This document shows positions 10,086 to 19,415 of a stretch of DNA of 47,024 nt, in pieces; within the stretch, counting starts at the first letter, position 1, and each line of letters opens with the position of its first letter. A program made the translations under genes and the position numbers. Below the pieces are notes generated by a model. It saw only the letters and a list, made by a program, of their open reading frames with translations. It was not told the DNA's origin and ran no database searches. The stretch lies in the sequence record SRR20825010_2269. One strand, 5' to 3'.

Positions 10086-10556
10086 ATGAATTTATTCTCA
10101 AAATTAATCACCATCACGCTATTTCTGAGTGCGCTCACTTTTTCTGCTGCCGCGCAACCTGAGAAAGGAAACGCTACAAAACGAGAGAAGGTTGAACAGC
10201 TAAAAATTGCTTACATCACCAAAGAACTTAGTTTAACCACTGATGAAGCAAAAGCATTCTGGCCTCTTTATGACTCCATGACTACTGATCTTTCTACTGA
10301 AAAAAGAAAGCGTAGAAAACTCGCTCAAAGTCTCAAGTCAAATTTAGAAACGCTTTCGGAGGATGACGTAAAGACCCAAACCTTAGAAATTTTGGACAGT
10401 GAGATCAAAGAGTCTAAATTAAAAAAGGAACACCTTGAAAAAATTGCTGCCGTGATTGGATACAAAAAGACGGTAAATCTACTCGCCGTTGAACAGCAAT
10501 TTAAGAAAGAATTATTGAAGAGACTCAATCAGCAAAATCAACCAAAGAACAATTAA
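10086..10556 (+). CDS. Periplasmic helical protein ('sensor of ECF-type sigma factor', Spy/CpxP-like)
   Basis: Signal peptide; KIAYITKELSLTTDEAKAFWPLY motif typical of this Bacteroidota family; third gene of the ECF module. Confidence 0.75.
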   Translation: MNLFSKLITITLFLSALTFSAAAQPEKGNATKREKVEQLKIAYITKELSLTTDEAKAFWPLYDSMTTDLSTEKRKRRKLAQSLKSNLETLSEDDVKTQTLEILDSEIKESKLKKEHLEKIAAVIGYKKTVNLLAVEQQFKKELLKRLNQQNQPKNN

Positions 10557-10567
10557 ATCTTTTGTAA

Positions 10568-11767
10568 ATGTCTCAAGAAATTGAACACTTCATTCAGCAC
10601 CAAGGTCAAACAAATCCCTTTCCCTATTTAATTGAGATCGATCGCGCAGAAGGAATTTTTCTGTACGATAAAAAAGGTAAATCGTACATGGATATGATTG
10701 CCGGAGTTGCAGTGAATAATGTTGGGCATAATCACCCAAAGGTGATTTCTGCCATTAAACGTCAGGTCGATCGTCATTTACATGTGATGGTGTATGGCGA
10801 GTTTATCCAAGATAGCCAATTGAATTTTGCGAAAAAACTTACCAATCTTCTTCCAGAAACTTTAAATAGTGTCTATCCTGTAAATTCAGGAACGGAGGCG
10901 AATGAAGCTGCTTTAAAACTTGCGAAGCGTGTTACAGGAAGATCCGAAATCGTTTCTTTCAGAGGTTCATACCATGGAAGTACGCATGGATCGATGAGTG
11001 TTTCAGGAAACGAAACTAAGAAAATGGCCTTTCGTCCGTTGCTCCCAGATGTTCGTTTTATTCAATTCAATTCGATTGAACAACTTTCGCAGATCACTGA
11101 AAAAACGGCAGGAGTCATTGTGGAAACAATTCAAGGAGATGCCGGAGTTCGAATTCCATCTCAAGCATTTATCTCCGCATTGAGGGCTCGTTGCACGGAA
11201 GTCGGCGCGCAATTAATTTTTGATGAAATCCAATGTGGAATCGGAAGGACAGGGAAATTATTTGCTTTCGAGCATTTTGGAATCGTCCCTGATATTTTGA
11301 CGCTTGGAAAAGCACTTGGTGGAGGAATGCCGATTGGAGCGCTTGTTTCTTCTACCGAGAAAATGAAGGAATTGAGTTACAATCCAATGCTTGGTCACAT
11401 AACAACTTTTGGCGGTCATCCAGTGGTTTGCGCTGCTGCCAACGCCTGTTTGGAAGTTATGGAAACCGACATTGACTTCGCACTGGTTGAAAAGAACGCT
11501 GCACTTTTAGAATCGATGGTTGGAAGTCACCCCGAAATTAAAGAAGTTCGACGCATAGGAATGATGTTCGCATTCGACATGGAATCTTTCGAACGGGTAG
11601 AAAAGGTCGTTAAGAAATGCCTTGAAAAAGGATTGATCAGTTTTTGGTTTCTTTCTCATCCTTACAGTTTCAGACTTTCTCCTCCACTAACGATTTCCGA
11701 AGAAGAAATGCGACTTGCAGGGAAAATCATCCTAGATTCTATTAACGAAACGTCATCGTTGAGTTGA
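10568..11767 (+). CDS. Class III PLP-dependent aminotransferase (acetylornithine/ornithine aminotransferase-like)
   Basis: NSGTEANE, SYHG, IFDEIQCGIGRTG, LTLGKALGGG, TTFGGHP. Confidence 0.9.
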   Translation: MSQEIEHFIQHQGQTNPFPYLIEIDRAEGIFLYDKKGKSYMDMIAGVAVNNVGHNHPKVISAIKRQVDRHLHVMVYGEFIQDSQLNFAKKLTNLLPETLNSVYPVNSGTEANEAALKLAKRVTGRSEIVSFRGSYHGSTHGSMSVSGNETKKMAFRPLLPDVRFIQFNSIEQLSQITEKTAGVIVETIQGDAGVRIPSQAFISALRARCTEVGAQLIFDEIQCGIGRTGKLFAFEHFGIVPDILTLGKALGGGMPIGALVSSTEKMKELSYNPMLGHITTFGGHPVVCAAANACLEVMETDIDFALVEKNAALLESMVGSHPEIKEVRRIGMMFAFDMESFERVEKVVKKCLEKGLISFWFLSHPYSFRLSPPLTISEEEMRLAGKIILDSINETSSLS

Positions 11768-12265
11768 TTCGTACCCAATTTTTCTTCGAGTATCGGTACT
11801 TTCTGCCTGATCGTTTTGCTGAAGTAAAAATTTGAGTGCATCGTACACGTCATGATAATTTCCTTCTAACGCGAACAGTCTTTTTGCCAATTCATCATAA
11901 GTGAGCGCGAACCTTCGCAGTTCTACAAATGCGCGCATAATTTGAATATTCACAGCAATCGCTTTCTCAGATTTTAGAACTCCGCTCAACATTGCCAATC
12001 CTTGTTCGGTAAATGCCTTTGGAAGGTATCGCCTCCCTCCATGCGTTGAACTTGAGGTTTCAATTTGAAACCTCAAGTTCATTTCTTCCCATTCAGCTTG
12101 AGTTATTTGGAACATAAAATCTTCTGGGAAGCGCTGAATGTTGCGTTTAACGGCCAGGTTCAGCACTTTAGTTTCTACTTCGTAAAGCGCTGCAAGGTCA
12201 AAATCTAGCATCACTTTTTGATCACGAATCATGTGAATTCGCTCTTGAATTGTGGTTAGGTTCAT
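11753..12265 (-). CDS. ORF6N-domain DNA-binding protein
   Basis: IRDQKVMLDFDLAALYEVETKVLNLAVKRNIQRFPEDFMFQ and GGRRYLPKAFTEQGLAMLSGVLKS...IMRAFV...RRKIGY are the ORF6N signature. Confidence 0.92.
   Translation of the reverse strand: MNLTTIQERIHMIRDQKVMLDFDLAALYEVETKVLNLAVKRNIQRFPEDFMFQITQAEWEEMNLRFQIETSSSTHGGRRYLPKAFTEQGLAMLSGVLKSEKAIAVNIQIMRAFVELRRFALTYDELAKRLFALEGNYHDVYDALKFLLQQNDQAESTDTRRKIGYESTQR
12047..12081. repeat. Perfect 35-bp palindrome (17-bp arms, 1-nt centre) inside the ORF6N coding sequence
   Basis: TGAACTTGAGGTTTCAA-T-TTGAAACCTCAAGTTCA read directly from the sequence. Confidence 0.97.
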
Positions 12266-12414
12266 TCTTAAATAGGTTAATTTCTATTTAAGATACGTAA
12301 AAAGATGATTTGATTTAGCGCGGTAGATAAAGAAGTTCGATGACTACATTTTTCTGTTGGGCTTATTTGGATCATTTTCAAAAAACATTCTGATAGTAAA
12401 AACTACCTGCACAA

Positions 12415-12672
12415 TTCCCTGATGATGAAATCGCTATTCGCTTTAAGCACAGAATTCTGAATATTCATTGCTTCCCAAATGGAAATGGAAGGCACAGTAG
12501 GTTAATGGCAGACTTAATTGTGGAGAAAATTTTCGATGGAAAAATCTTCACTTGGTGTCAGTCGAATTCGATTCTATAGAAAGAAGATGATCTCCGTTCG
12601 AAGTACGTAAAAGCACTCAAGAATGCCGACAATGGCGACTTTAATGATCTCTTAAACTTTACACGTTCTTAG
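12415..12672 (+). pseudogene. Decayed Fic-domain gene (mobile mystery protein B-like), 3' part only
   Basis: Frame reads FPDDEIAIRFKHRILNIHCFPNGNGRHSRLMADLIVEKIFDGKIFTWCQSNSIL*KEDDLRSKYVKALKNADNGDFNDLLNFTRS*. Fic motif HxFxNGNGRxxR; in-frame TAG at 12577-12579; upstream stop at 12397 and no 5' half. Confidence 0.85.
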
Positions 12673-12755
12673 TTGGAGGTAACAGTTGATGAAAGGAACC
12701 GATAAAGATGTATTGTTGAAAACCATCCCACTGAGCGTGTAAGAAAGAAAACAGG

Positions 12756-14030
12756 CTAATCCAACTGATCTAAGAAGTCGATGATCACATTTTTGAGTAC
12801 TATATATTCCCCTTCCGAAATAGAATACGGTGGATTCACGAAAATGACATTTCCGAGAGGTCTGAGCAATACACCATGTTCCACAAAAAAAGCATAGGCA
12901 CGATCTCGCAAGGTGGAGAAATAACTACTTCCTTCTGGTAAAATCACGTCAAATGCCAAAATAGTTCCGCTCTGACGCACGTTTTCAACGTCCTTTCGTG
13001 CTTTGAGTTCTTCTCCAAATGCTTGATTCCAAGTTGACAGTTCTTGAATTGAATTCCACGTTTCCGGTTGATCGAACAGGTCTAAACTCGCACAACCAAC
13101 GGCACACGCCAACGGATTGCCCGTGTAAGAATGTCCGTGTAGAAATCCACGTGCAGTTTGCTCGGACAGGAACGATTGAAACAGTTCTTCTGAGGTCACC
13201 GTAACTCCCATCGGAAGAATTCCTGCGGTTAAGCCTTTTGAAAGCGCTACGATATCTGGTTTTTGTGTACAATAATCCATCGCGAACATTTTTCCGGTGC
13301 GCCCAAAACCAGTCATAACCTCATCGAAAATAACAAGCGTGTTGAATCGCTTCGCTAGTTTAGTAAGTTGATCTAAAAAGTCAACCGAATACATTTGCAT
13401 TCCCGCGGCACCTTGAATGAGTGGCTCCACGATCAACGCTGCAAATTGATTCGATGAAAGAAGCTCTTCTGCGCGATTTAGAACTTCGGATTCTCGTTCT
13501 TTTGTTGGGAAATCGAGGTAATCAACATCGAAGAAAAATGGTTCGAAAGGTTTATTAAACAAATCTCGCTGTCCGACAGACATCGCTCCAAACGTGTCTC
13601 CATGATACGAGCCGTGCATTGCCAAGATGCGATCGCGCTTTTCATTTTTATTAAAGAAAAACTGGAATGCCATTTTCAACGCCACTTCTACGGCCGTTGA
13701 ACCATTATCTGAGAAAAAAACCTTCTGGAACGAGTCAGGAAGATACCCGATCAATCGCTCGGAAAGTTCCACCGCTTTTGGATGGGTAACACCCGCAAAA
13801 ATAACATGGTCCAACGCTTCAAACTGTTCTTGAAGGGCTTTTCCAATATGTGGATGTCCATGTCCATGCGTATTTACCCACCATGATGAGTTCGCATCGA
13901 TGTATTTTTTTCCTACTTCGTCGATCAAATAAACACCTTCTCCGCGCACTATCGCTAATGGATTCCCCGCAGTTTGGTGCTGCGTAAACGGATGCCAGAC
14001 GTGTTTCTTATCGCGTTCGATCAAACTCAT
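12756..14030 (-). CDS. bioA: Adenosylmethionine-8-amino-7-oxononanoate aminotransferase
   Basis: [56 protein letters not shown]; start set at ATG 14030, which overlaps the bioD stop (ATGA). Confidence 0.95.
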   Translation of the reverse strand: MSLIERDKKHVWHPFTQHQTAGNPLAIVRGEGVYLIDEVGKKYIDANSSWWVNTHGHGHPHIGKALQEQFEALDHVIFAGVTHPKAVELSERLIGYLPDSFQKVFFSDNGSTAVEVALKMAFQFFFNKNEKRDRILAMHGSYHGDTFGAMSVGQRDLFNKPFEPFFFDVDYLDFPTKERESEVLNRAEELLSSNQFAALIVEPLIQGAAGMQMYSVDFLDQLTKLAKRFNTLVIFDEVMTGFGRTGKMFAMDYCTQKPDIVALSKGLTAGILPMGVTVTSEELFQSFLSEQTARGFLHGHSYTGNPLACAVGCASLDLFDQPETWNSIQELSTWNQAFGEELKARKDVENVRQSGTILAFDVILPEGSSYFSTLRDRAYAFFVEHGVLLRPLGNVIFVNPPYSISEGEYIVLKNVIIDFLDQLD

Positions 14031-14656
14031 AATTGTTCCCGTAATTTTTCGGCTTGTACTAGAATAAATTCTTTTGAAAGTTGATCCGCCCATGGAATTC
14101 GAGCGATCATTTTTACTTCGCCAATTTTTAAAATAATCGATTCCGTTGCTTCGTTTGGTTCACCCACAAAAACAATTCCTTCGATTTTAATATTTTTTGA
14201 TTTCATCGCCGCGATGCTCAATAAGGTGTGATTGATACTCCCTAAATAATGCTTCGAAACAATAATAACGGGCAAATCCCAATGCTCGAAAACATCCAAA
14301 TAAGTCAATCCATCGTTATTGATTGGGACCATTAATCCGCCAGCTCCTTCAACGATGAACGAACCATCAACCTCAGGGAGATTTAGTTCTGAAACCTGAA
14401 TTGAAATATTATCAAAATGCGCTGCGGCGTGGGGCGACATCGGTTGAGAAAGTCGAAACTTCTCTTCTAACACCTTTACATTATTCGTAAGTTGACCGAT
14501 TTTTATGCTATCGGACGATTCCAAGTCTCCTGCTTGAATAGGTTTCCAATACGTTGCCTGAAGTGCTTCTGCGAAAATGGCGCTAATCACCGTTTTTCCT
14601 ATATCAGTTCCTATTCCGGTAATTACGTATTGCGTGTTTCCAATCGAATTTTGCAT
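14027..14656 (-). CDS. bioD: Dethiobiotin synthetase
   Basis: [11 protein letters not shown]-loop, [29 protein letters not shown]. Confidence 0.95.
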   Translation of the reverse strand: MQNSIGNTQYVITGIGTDIGKTVISAIFAEALQATYWKPIQAGDLESSDSIKIGQLTNNVKVLEEKFRLSQPMSPHAAAHFDNISIQVSELNLPEVDGSFIVEGAGGLMVPINNDGLTYLDVFEHWDLPVIIVSKHYLGSINHTLLSIAAMKSKNIKIEGIVFVGEPNEATESIILKIGEVKMIARIPWADQLSKEFILVQAEKLREQL

Positions 14657-14661
14657 CAATA

Positions 14662-14669
14662 CAAAGCTA
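14662..14669 (-). promoter_or_regulatory. -7 promoter element (TAGCTTTG) for bioD-bioA
   Basis: TAnnTTTG 5 nt upstream of the ATG at 14656. Confidence 0.6.
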
Positions 14670-14733
14670 ATCATTCAAAAAAATCTCCATTCCTTTTCAA
14701 GCGAAATCTTGTCGAAGACTCAATTGAATTCAA

Positions 14734-17181
14734 CTATCTCAGCTGCGCTCCTAATTTCGATTCCAATGAAGTGCGGATTTTTTCCATCACAGCATCCACT
14801 TGTTTGTCTTGCAGCGTTTTTTCTGCATCTTGAAACTTAAATGAAACAGCATACGATTTCTTTCCTTTTTCGAGGTTTTTTCCTTCGTAGACGTCAAAAA
14901 GTCCCACTTCTTGCAGTAATTTCTTATCACATTGACGTGCAATTTCCTCGATTTCTTCAAATCGAATTTTGGAATCGAGCAACAAAGAAAAATCGCGCCG
15001 AACGGAGAATGTTTTCGGAAGCTCTGTGAATTTCACCTTCGCATACATTAAGCATTCAACGATTGCGTCCCAATCTAGGTCGGCAACAAATACATCGTTC
15101 TTGATTCCGAAGTGCTTCTTCATTTTCGCCGAAGCCCATCCAATCTCCCCTACTTTTTTCTTCAAAATAGTGAGTTGAATTCCATCTTGTAAAAGTGAAT
15201 TCTTGAAGGATGTTTCTTTGAGCATTCCATCCAATCCCAGACGTTTGAAAATCGCCATTGCTGCACCTTTAGCCGTGTAAAAGGTTACTAAGCTTTCTTT
15301 TGCATCCTTATTGGTATTCCAACTTTCCTTTTCCTTTCTTCCTGTTAATCCAAGAATGAGGCGTTTATTCTCTGAGAATCCGGTTTCGTATTTATGATAC
15401 ACTTTCCCGTATTCGAATAATTTCAGGTCGGCGTTTTGTCTGTTTTGGTTGTGTTCCACCATTTCCATCATATTGAAAATAAGCGATTGACGCATTACAT
15501 TCAAATCTTGACTGAGTGGATTGAGCATTTCTACATTTCTTGCTGATTGAACTACTTCACCGCCCAATTGCTCCACGTAAGAAGATTTTGTAAGTGAATT
15601 ATTCAGCGCTTCAATGAACCCCATTCCTACTAACATCTCAGCAATGTTGTGTTGGACTTTTTCTAAGTCAGGTTTCTTTTGAAACGATAGAGAAGTGTTC
15701 AATTTTTCTGGAATCGGAACATTGTTGAATCCGTATATTCTAAGTACTTCTTCCACTACATCCGCTTCGCGAGTTACATCTACTCTGTATGCTGGAATTT
15801 CAAGTTGAGCTATCCCTTCCGAAACTGAACTCACTTTAATATCTAAATTGGCAAGAATCGTATTTACCAATTCAATCGAGAGTTGATCCCCAATTAATTT
15901 ATTGCATCGGTCGTAACTGAATTCAACGATCGCGTTTTTCACCGGTGAACTATTTGTATCAACGACATCCATAGAAACAGTTCCTCCAGCAATTTCTTGA
16001 ATTAACAGCGCTGCTCTTTTGAGCGCATAATCTGTCAAATTCGGATCTACTCCACGCTCATATCTGAACGAAGCATCTGTATTCAAACCGTGGTATTTCG
16101 CTGTCTTTCTTACTGAAACAGCATCAAAATAAGCCGATTCTAAAAATACGTTCGTTGTAGCATCTGAAATCCCAGAATCTTGTCCGCCAAGAACACCTGC
16201 AATACACAAATGATCAACTCCATTGGTGATCATTAGGTTCTCAGAAGTTAACGATCGCTCTACTCCATCCAGTGTAATGAATTTATCTCCTTGATTTGCT
16301 GTTTTCACGACAATTTTCCCGTTCAATTTTGTAGCATCAAATGCATGAAGTGGCGTTCCTAATTCGTGCATTACAAAATTTGTAATGTCTACAATGTTAT
16401 TGATTGGAGAAAGTCCGATAGCACGCAATCTTTTTTGCAACCAAGCTGGTGAAGGCCCTACTTTCACACCAGCGATTGATGTTCCCATGTATCTTGGGCA
16501 ACTGTCCTGATCTTCTACACTGATGGAGATCGACACTTCTTGATTATCTACTTTGAATGCATCAACGGATGGAAATTTCAGTGATTTATTCGCGTCTTTA
16601 TGAACATTCAAGAAGGCTTTTAAATCTCGTGCGACACCAATATGTCCCATTGCATCAGACCTGTTTGGAGTGAGTCCAATTTCAATTTCGTAGTCGTCTT
16701 CTAATTCGAAATAAGTAGCCGCTGGAGTTCCAACAGCGATGGTTGGACTTAACACTAAAATGCCCTCATGACCCTTACCAAGTCCTAGTTCATCTTCAGC
16801 GCAAAGCATTCCAAACGATTCCACGCCTCTAATTTTGGCGCTTTTTATTTTAAACTCTTCTTCTGGCGTTGGATAAAGCGTGCATCCTACAGTCGCTACG
16901 ATAACTTTTTGTCCGGCAGCTACATTTGGTGCTCCACAAACGATCTGCAAAGGTTCACCCGTTCCAATTGAAACGGTCGTTACTTTCAATCGATCTGCAT
17001 CAGGATGTTGTTCACACGTGAGGACTTCACCCACAAAAACGCCTTCAAGTCCACCTTTTACGGCTTCAATTTTCGTAATTCCTTCAACCTCTAAACCAGT
17101 ATCAGTTAAGATTGCTCCTATTTCTTCTGGTGATAAATCTACTTCTATGTATTGCTTCAACCAATTAAGTGAAGTTTTCAT
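14734..17181 (-). CDS. pheT: Phenylalanine--tRNA ligase beta subunit
   Basis: SLNWL, HPDADRL, IVCGAPNV, TPNRSD, RYERGVD, EEVLRIYG, C-terminal FDX-ACB domain (RRDFS...FDVYEG). Confidence 0.97.
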   Translation of the reverse strand: MKTSLNWLKQYIEVDLSPEEIGAILTDTGLEVEGITKIEAVKGGLEGVFVGEVLTCEQHPDADRLKVTTVSIGTGEPLQIVCGAPNVAAGQKVIVATVGCTLYPTPEEEFKIKSAKIRGVESFGMLCAEDELGLGKGHEGILVLSPTIAVGTPAATYFELEDDYEIEIGLTPNRSDAMGHIGVARDLKAFLNVHKDANKSLKFPSVDAFKVDNQEVSISISVEDQDSCPRYMGTSIAGVKVGPSPAWLQKRLRAIGLSPINNIVDITNFVMHELGTPLHAFDATKLNGKIVVKTANQGDKFITLDGVERSLTSENLMITNGVDHLCIAGVLGGQDSGISDATTNVFLESAYFDAVSVRKTAKYHGLNTDASFRYERGVDPNLTDYALKRAALLIQEIAGGTVSMDVVDTNSSPVKNAIVEFSYDRCNKLIGDQLSIELVNTILANLDIKVSSVSEGIAQLEIPAYRVDVTREADVVEEVLRIYGFNNVPIPEKLNTSLSFQKKPDLEKVQHNIAEMLVGMGFIEALNNSLTKSSYVEQLGGEVVQSARNVEMLNPLSQDLNVMRQSLIFNMMEMVEHNQNRQNADLKLFEYGKVYHKYETGFSENKRLILGLTGRKEKESWNTNKDAKESLVTFYTAKGAAMAIFKRLGLDGMLKETSFKNSLLQDGIQLTILKKKVGEIGWASAKMKKHFGIKNDVFVADLDWDAIVECLMYAKVKFTELPKTFSVRRDFSLLLDSKIRFEEIEEIARQCDKKLLQEVGLFDVYEGKNLEKGKKSYAVSFKFQDAEKTLQDKQVDAVMEKIRTSLESKLGAQLR

Positions 17182-19259
17182 GCTCTATTTTTTTCCTGCG
17201 ATTTGAACTTTATCCTATAATACGCGCCATTCTCATTCACGAATTCATACGATCCTTCTAACTGTTCAACTAAGGTATGAATCAAATCAACGCCGAGTGT
17301 CTTCAGCTCTGATCTTTCCTCCTCGAAATCGAATCCAGGACCGTCATCTCCAATTACGAGTAAATATTCATCTTCGGAAATCTTACTCAAGTTCACTAAA
17401 ATAGATCCCTCTCCAGACAGTCCAAGTCCATATTTCAACGAATTAGAGATAATTTCATTCGTTAATAATCCCAGAGGGATTAACGTATCGATGCCAAAAT
17501 TATCAATATTGATAGAAACTTTCCTCTTTACAAGACCTTTAAAATCATAAGCAGTGATTAAATCATCAATTAGTGACGAATAATATTGGTTCACATTCAC
17601 CGATGAAAAGTCTGCACTTCGATACAAAGATTCGTGTACAAGTGCCATAGATGCTACTCTTTGCTCGAAATCTCGAAGTAATACTTTGATTTTTTCATCC
17701 TCATTTGTCGCAATTTGCAGGCGCGCTAAACTTTTTATTATCTGTAAATTATTTTTTACTCGATGATGGATTTCTTTCAGAAGAATTTCCTTTTCTTCCT
17801 TCCCGATCATGGTTTCTTGCAGTTGAATGTTCGTTTTTTCGAGTTCATCCGATTTAATCTTGTATGCACGCTGTTGCTTAAACCAAGAGACCGCTGCGAT
17901 AATCAAGATGATCGTTACCACACCTAGTGCTATGATTAACCAACTCGAGAAGGTCTGATTTTCCTCCAAAGTTTTCTTTTGGAATCCCAACTGCGCATTG
18001 GCTTCTGCAAGTCCTTTAATTTCAGATCTACGTTGTTCGTCTTTAAAATGTGCTTCCAATACTGAAGTTAAAACCTTCTGGGATTGCTCATCCAAGGTAT
18101 CCATACCGTCGTAAGCATTCAATAAATGATTGTATGCCTCTTCGTAGTTTCCTTGAAGCGCGTCGTATCTTCCTTCGTTGATCATTAATTGCTTCCAGAT
18201 GTCCCAAAGCTTAAATCGGATGGCACCTTCTTTCGCTAGTTCCGTGTAATGCAAATAATTTGGGTAATCCTTCAATTCTAAATATGTATCAGAAAGCGAA
18301 GAATAAGAACTCACCAGCATTTCTAGCTTGTTGAATTCCTTTTTAGCAATGACTGCGCGCTTAAAAAATTCTTCCGCCTTGACATAAAGTCCCTGTTCGA
18401 AATACATTAATCCTAAATTATGATACGTGTATCCCAATTGGGATTTATCGTCTGATTTTTTTCTATTCTTTACCGCGAGCGTATATGCTTTGAATGCTCC
18501 ATCGTAATCTTGCTTTAAGCGAAAGACATTTCCAATATTGTTGTATACATTCGCCAATCCGTGGTAATCTGCCTTTTCAACATAAATTTCTTCAGCTATT
18601 CGATAGTACTCAAGCGCCTCATCATATTGATCTAGTTGTTTGAGCACTACACCTATACTTGAACAAGCTTTGGCTTCTGATAAAACCAAATTGTGCTTCT
18701 TGCTAAGTTCGTAAGATTCAATATAGTATGTTAGAGCTTGTGGATAATTTCCAGACTTCCGATGAATAAATCCCAGTGAGTTCAAAGCATCTGTCATGCT
18801 CTCAAAATCATCAATTCCTTTAAAAACAGACAATGCGTATTGGTTCGATTCTAGCGCGTCATCGAACTTGAAAAAATTCAATTCACAATCAGCCTTTTTT
18901 CTCCACGCACTTCCGATTTTCTTTTGATCACCAAGTCTATTCAGCAACTTAATCGCTTCATCTACTGTTGAGATACTTTCCTTCTCTTTATTCGCCAATG
19001 CATACAATTCGCTTTTTTTCAAAAGGACTTCTACTTTCATTGGAATGGATTTGGCAGCCTTGGTAGCCTCACTCAAATAAGTTTCTTCTTTGCTCGTTCC
19101 CTTATTCAAAGTCGCTAACTCGAGAAGAGCGCTTATTTTTTCTGACTCAATAGACGTCTTTTCCACCACAGATAATAAGCTATCTTGTATTGGTTTCTGT
19201 CCGAATAGTTGGGAGATTGAACAGCTAAGTAGTAGACCTAAAATGAGTATTCTTCTCAT
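17178..19259 (-). CDS. TPR-repeat sensor histidine kinase (HisKA_2 type)
   Basis: Signal peptide, TPR repeats, TM helix, H-box LLKEIHHRVKNNLQII, N-box NEIISNSLKYG, DDGPGF. Confidence 0.92.
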   Translation of the reverse strand: MRRILILGLLLSCSISQLFGQKPIQDSLLSVVEKTSIESEKISALLELATLNKGTSKEETYLSEATKAAKSIPMKVEVLLKKSELYALANKEKESISTVDEAIKLLNRLGDQKKIGSAWRKKADCELNFFKFDDALESNQYALSVFKGIDDFESMTDALNSLGFIHRKSGNYPQALTYYIESYELSKKHNLVLSEAKACSSIGVVLKQLDQYDEALEYYRIAEEIYVEKADYHGLANVYNNIGNVFRLKQDYDGAFKAYTLAVKNRKKSDDKSQLGYTYHNLGLMYFEQGLYVKAEEFFKRAVIAKKEFNKLEMLVSSYSSLSDTYLELKDYPNYLHYTELAKEGAIRFKLWDIWKQLMINEGRYDALQGNYEEAYNHLLNAYDGMDTLDEQSQKVLTSVLEAHFKDEQRRSEIKGLAEANAQLGFQKKTLEENQTFSSWLIIALGVVTIILIIAAVSWFKQQRAYKIKSDELEKTNIQLQETMIGKEEKEILLKEIHHRVKNNLQIIKSLARLQIATNEDEKIKVLLRDFEQRVASMALVHESLYRSADFSSVNVNQYYSSLIDDLITAYDFKGLVKRKVSINIDNFGIDTLIPLGLLTNEIISNSLKYGLGLSGEGSILVNLSKISEDEYLLVIGDDGPGFDFEEERSELKTLGVDLIHTLVEQLEGSYEFVNENGAYYRIKFKSQEKNRA

Positions 19260-19415
19260 TGATTACAATTGCAACCTTTTTTTGTTTGTTGCGAAACATC
19301 TAATCTAACGATTTTTGTGAACTTAATTGGTATTCTAAAGAACTACTATTCAATGTTAAAATACTTGAATCCCCACGGTTTTTTTGCGAGTTTTACACAA
19401 ACTTACAACGAAGCA

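Noticed and set aside
19269-19415. 49-aa N-terminal extension of the TonB receptor and a GCAACC...CATCTAA ECF-like motif
   Set aside because: The signal peptide begins at ATG 19416; the motif spacing (20 nt) does not match the other ECF candidates
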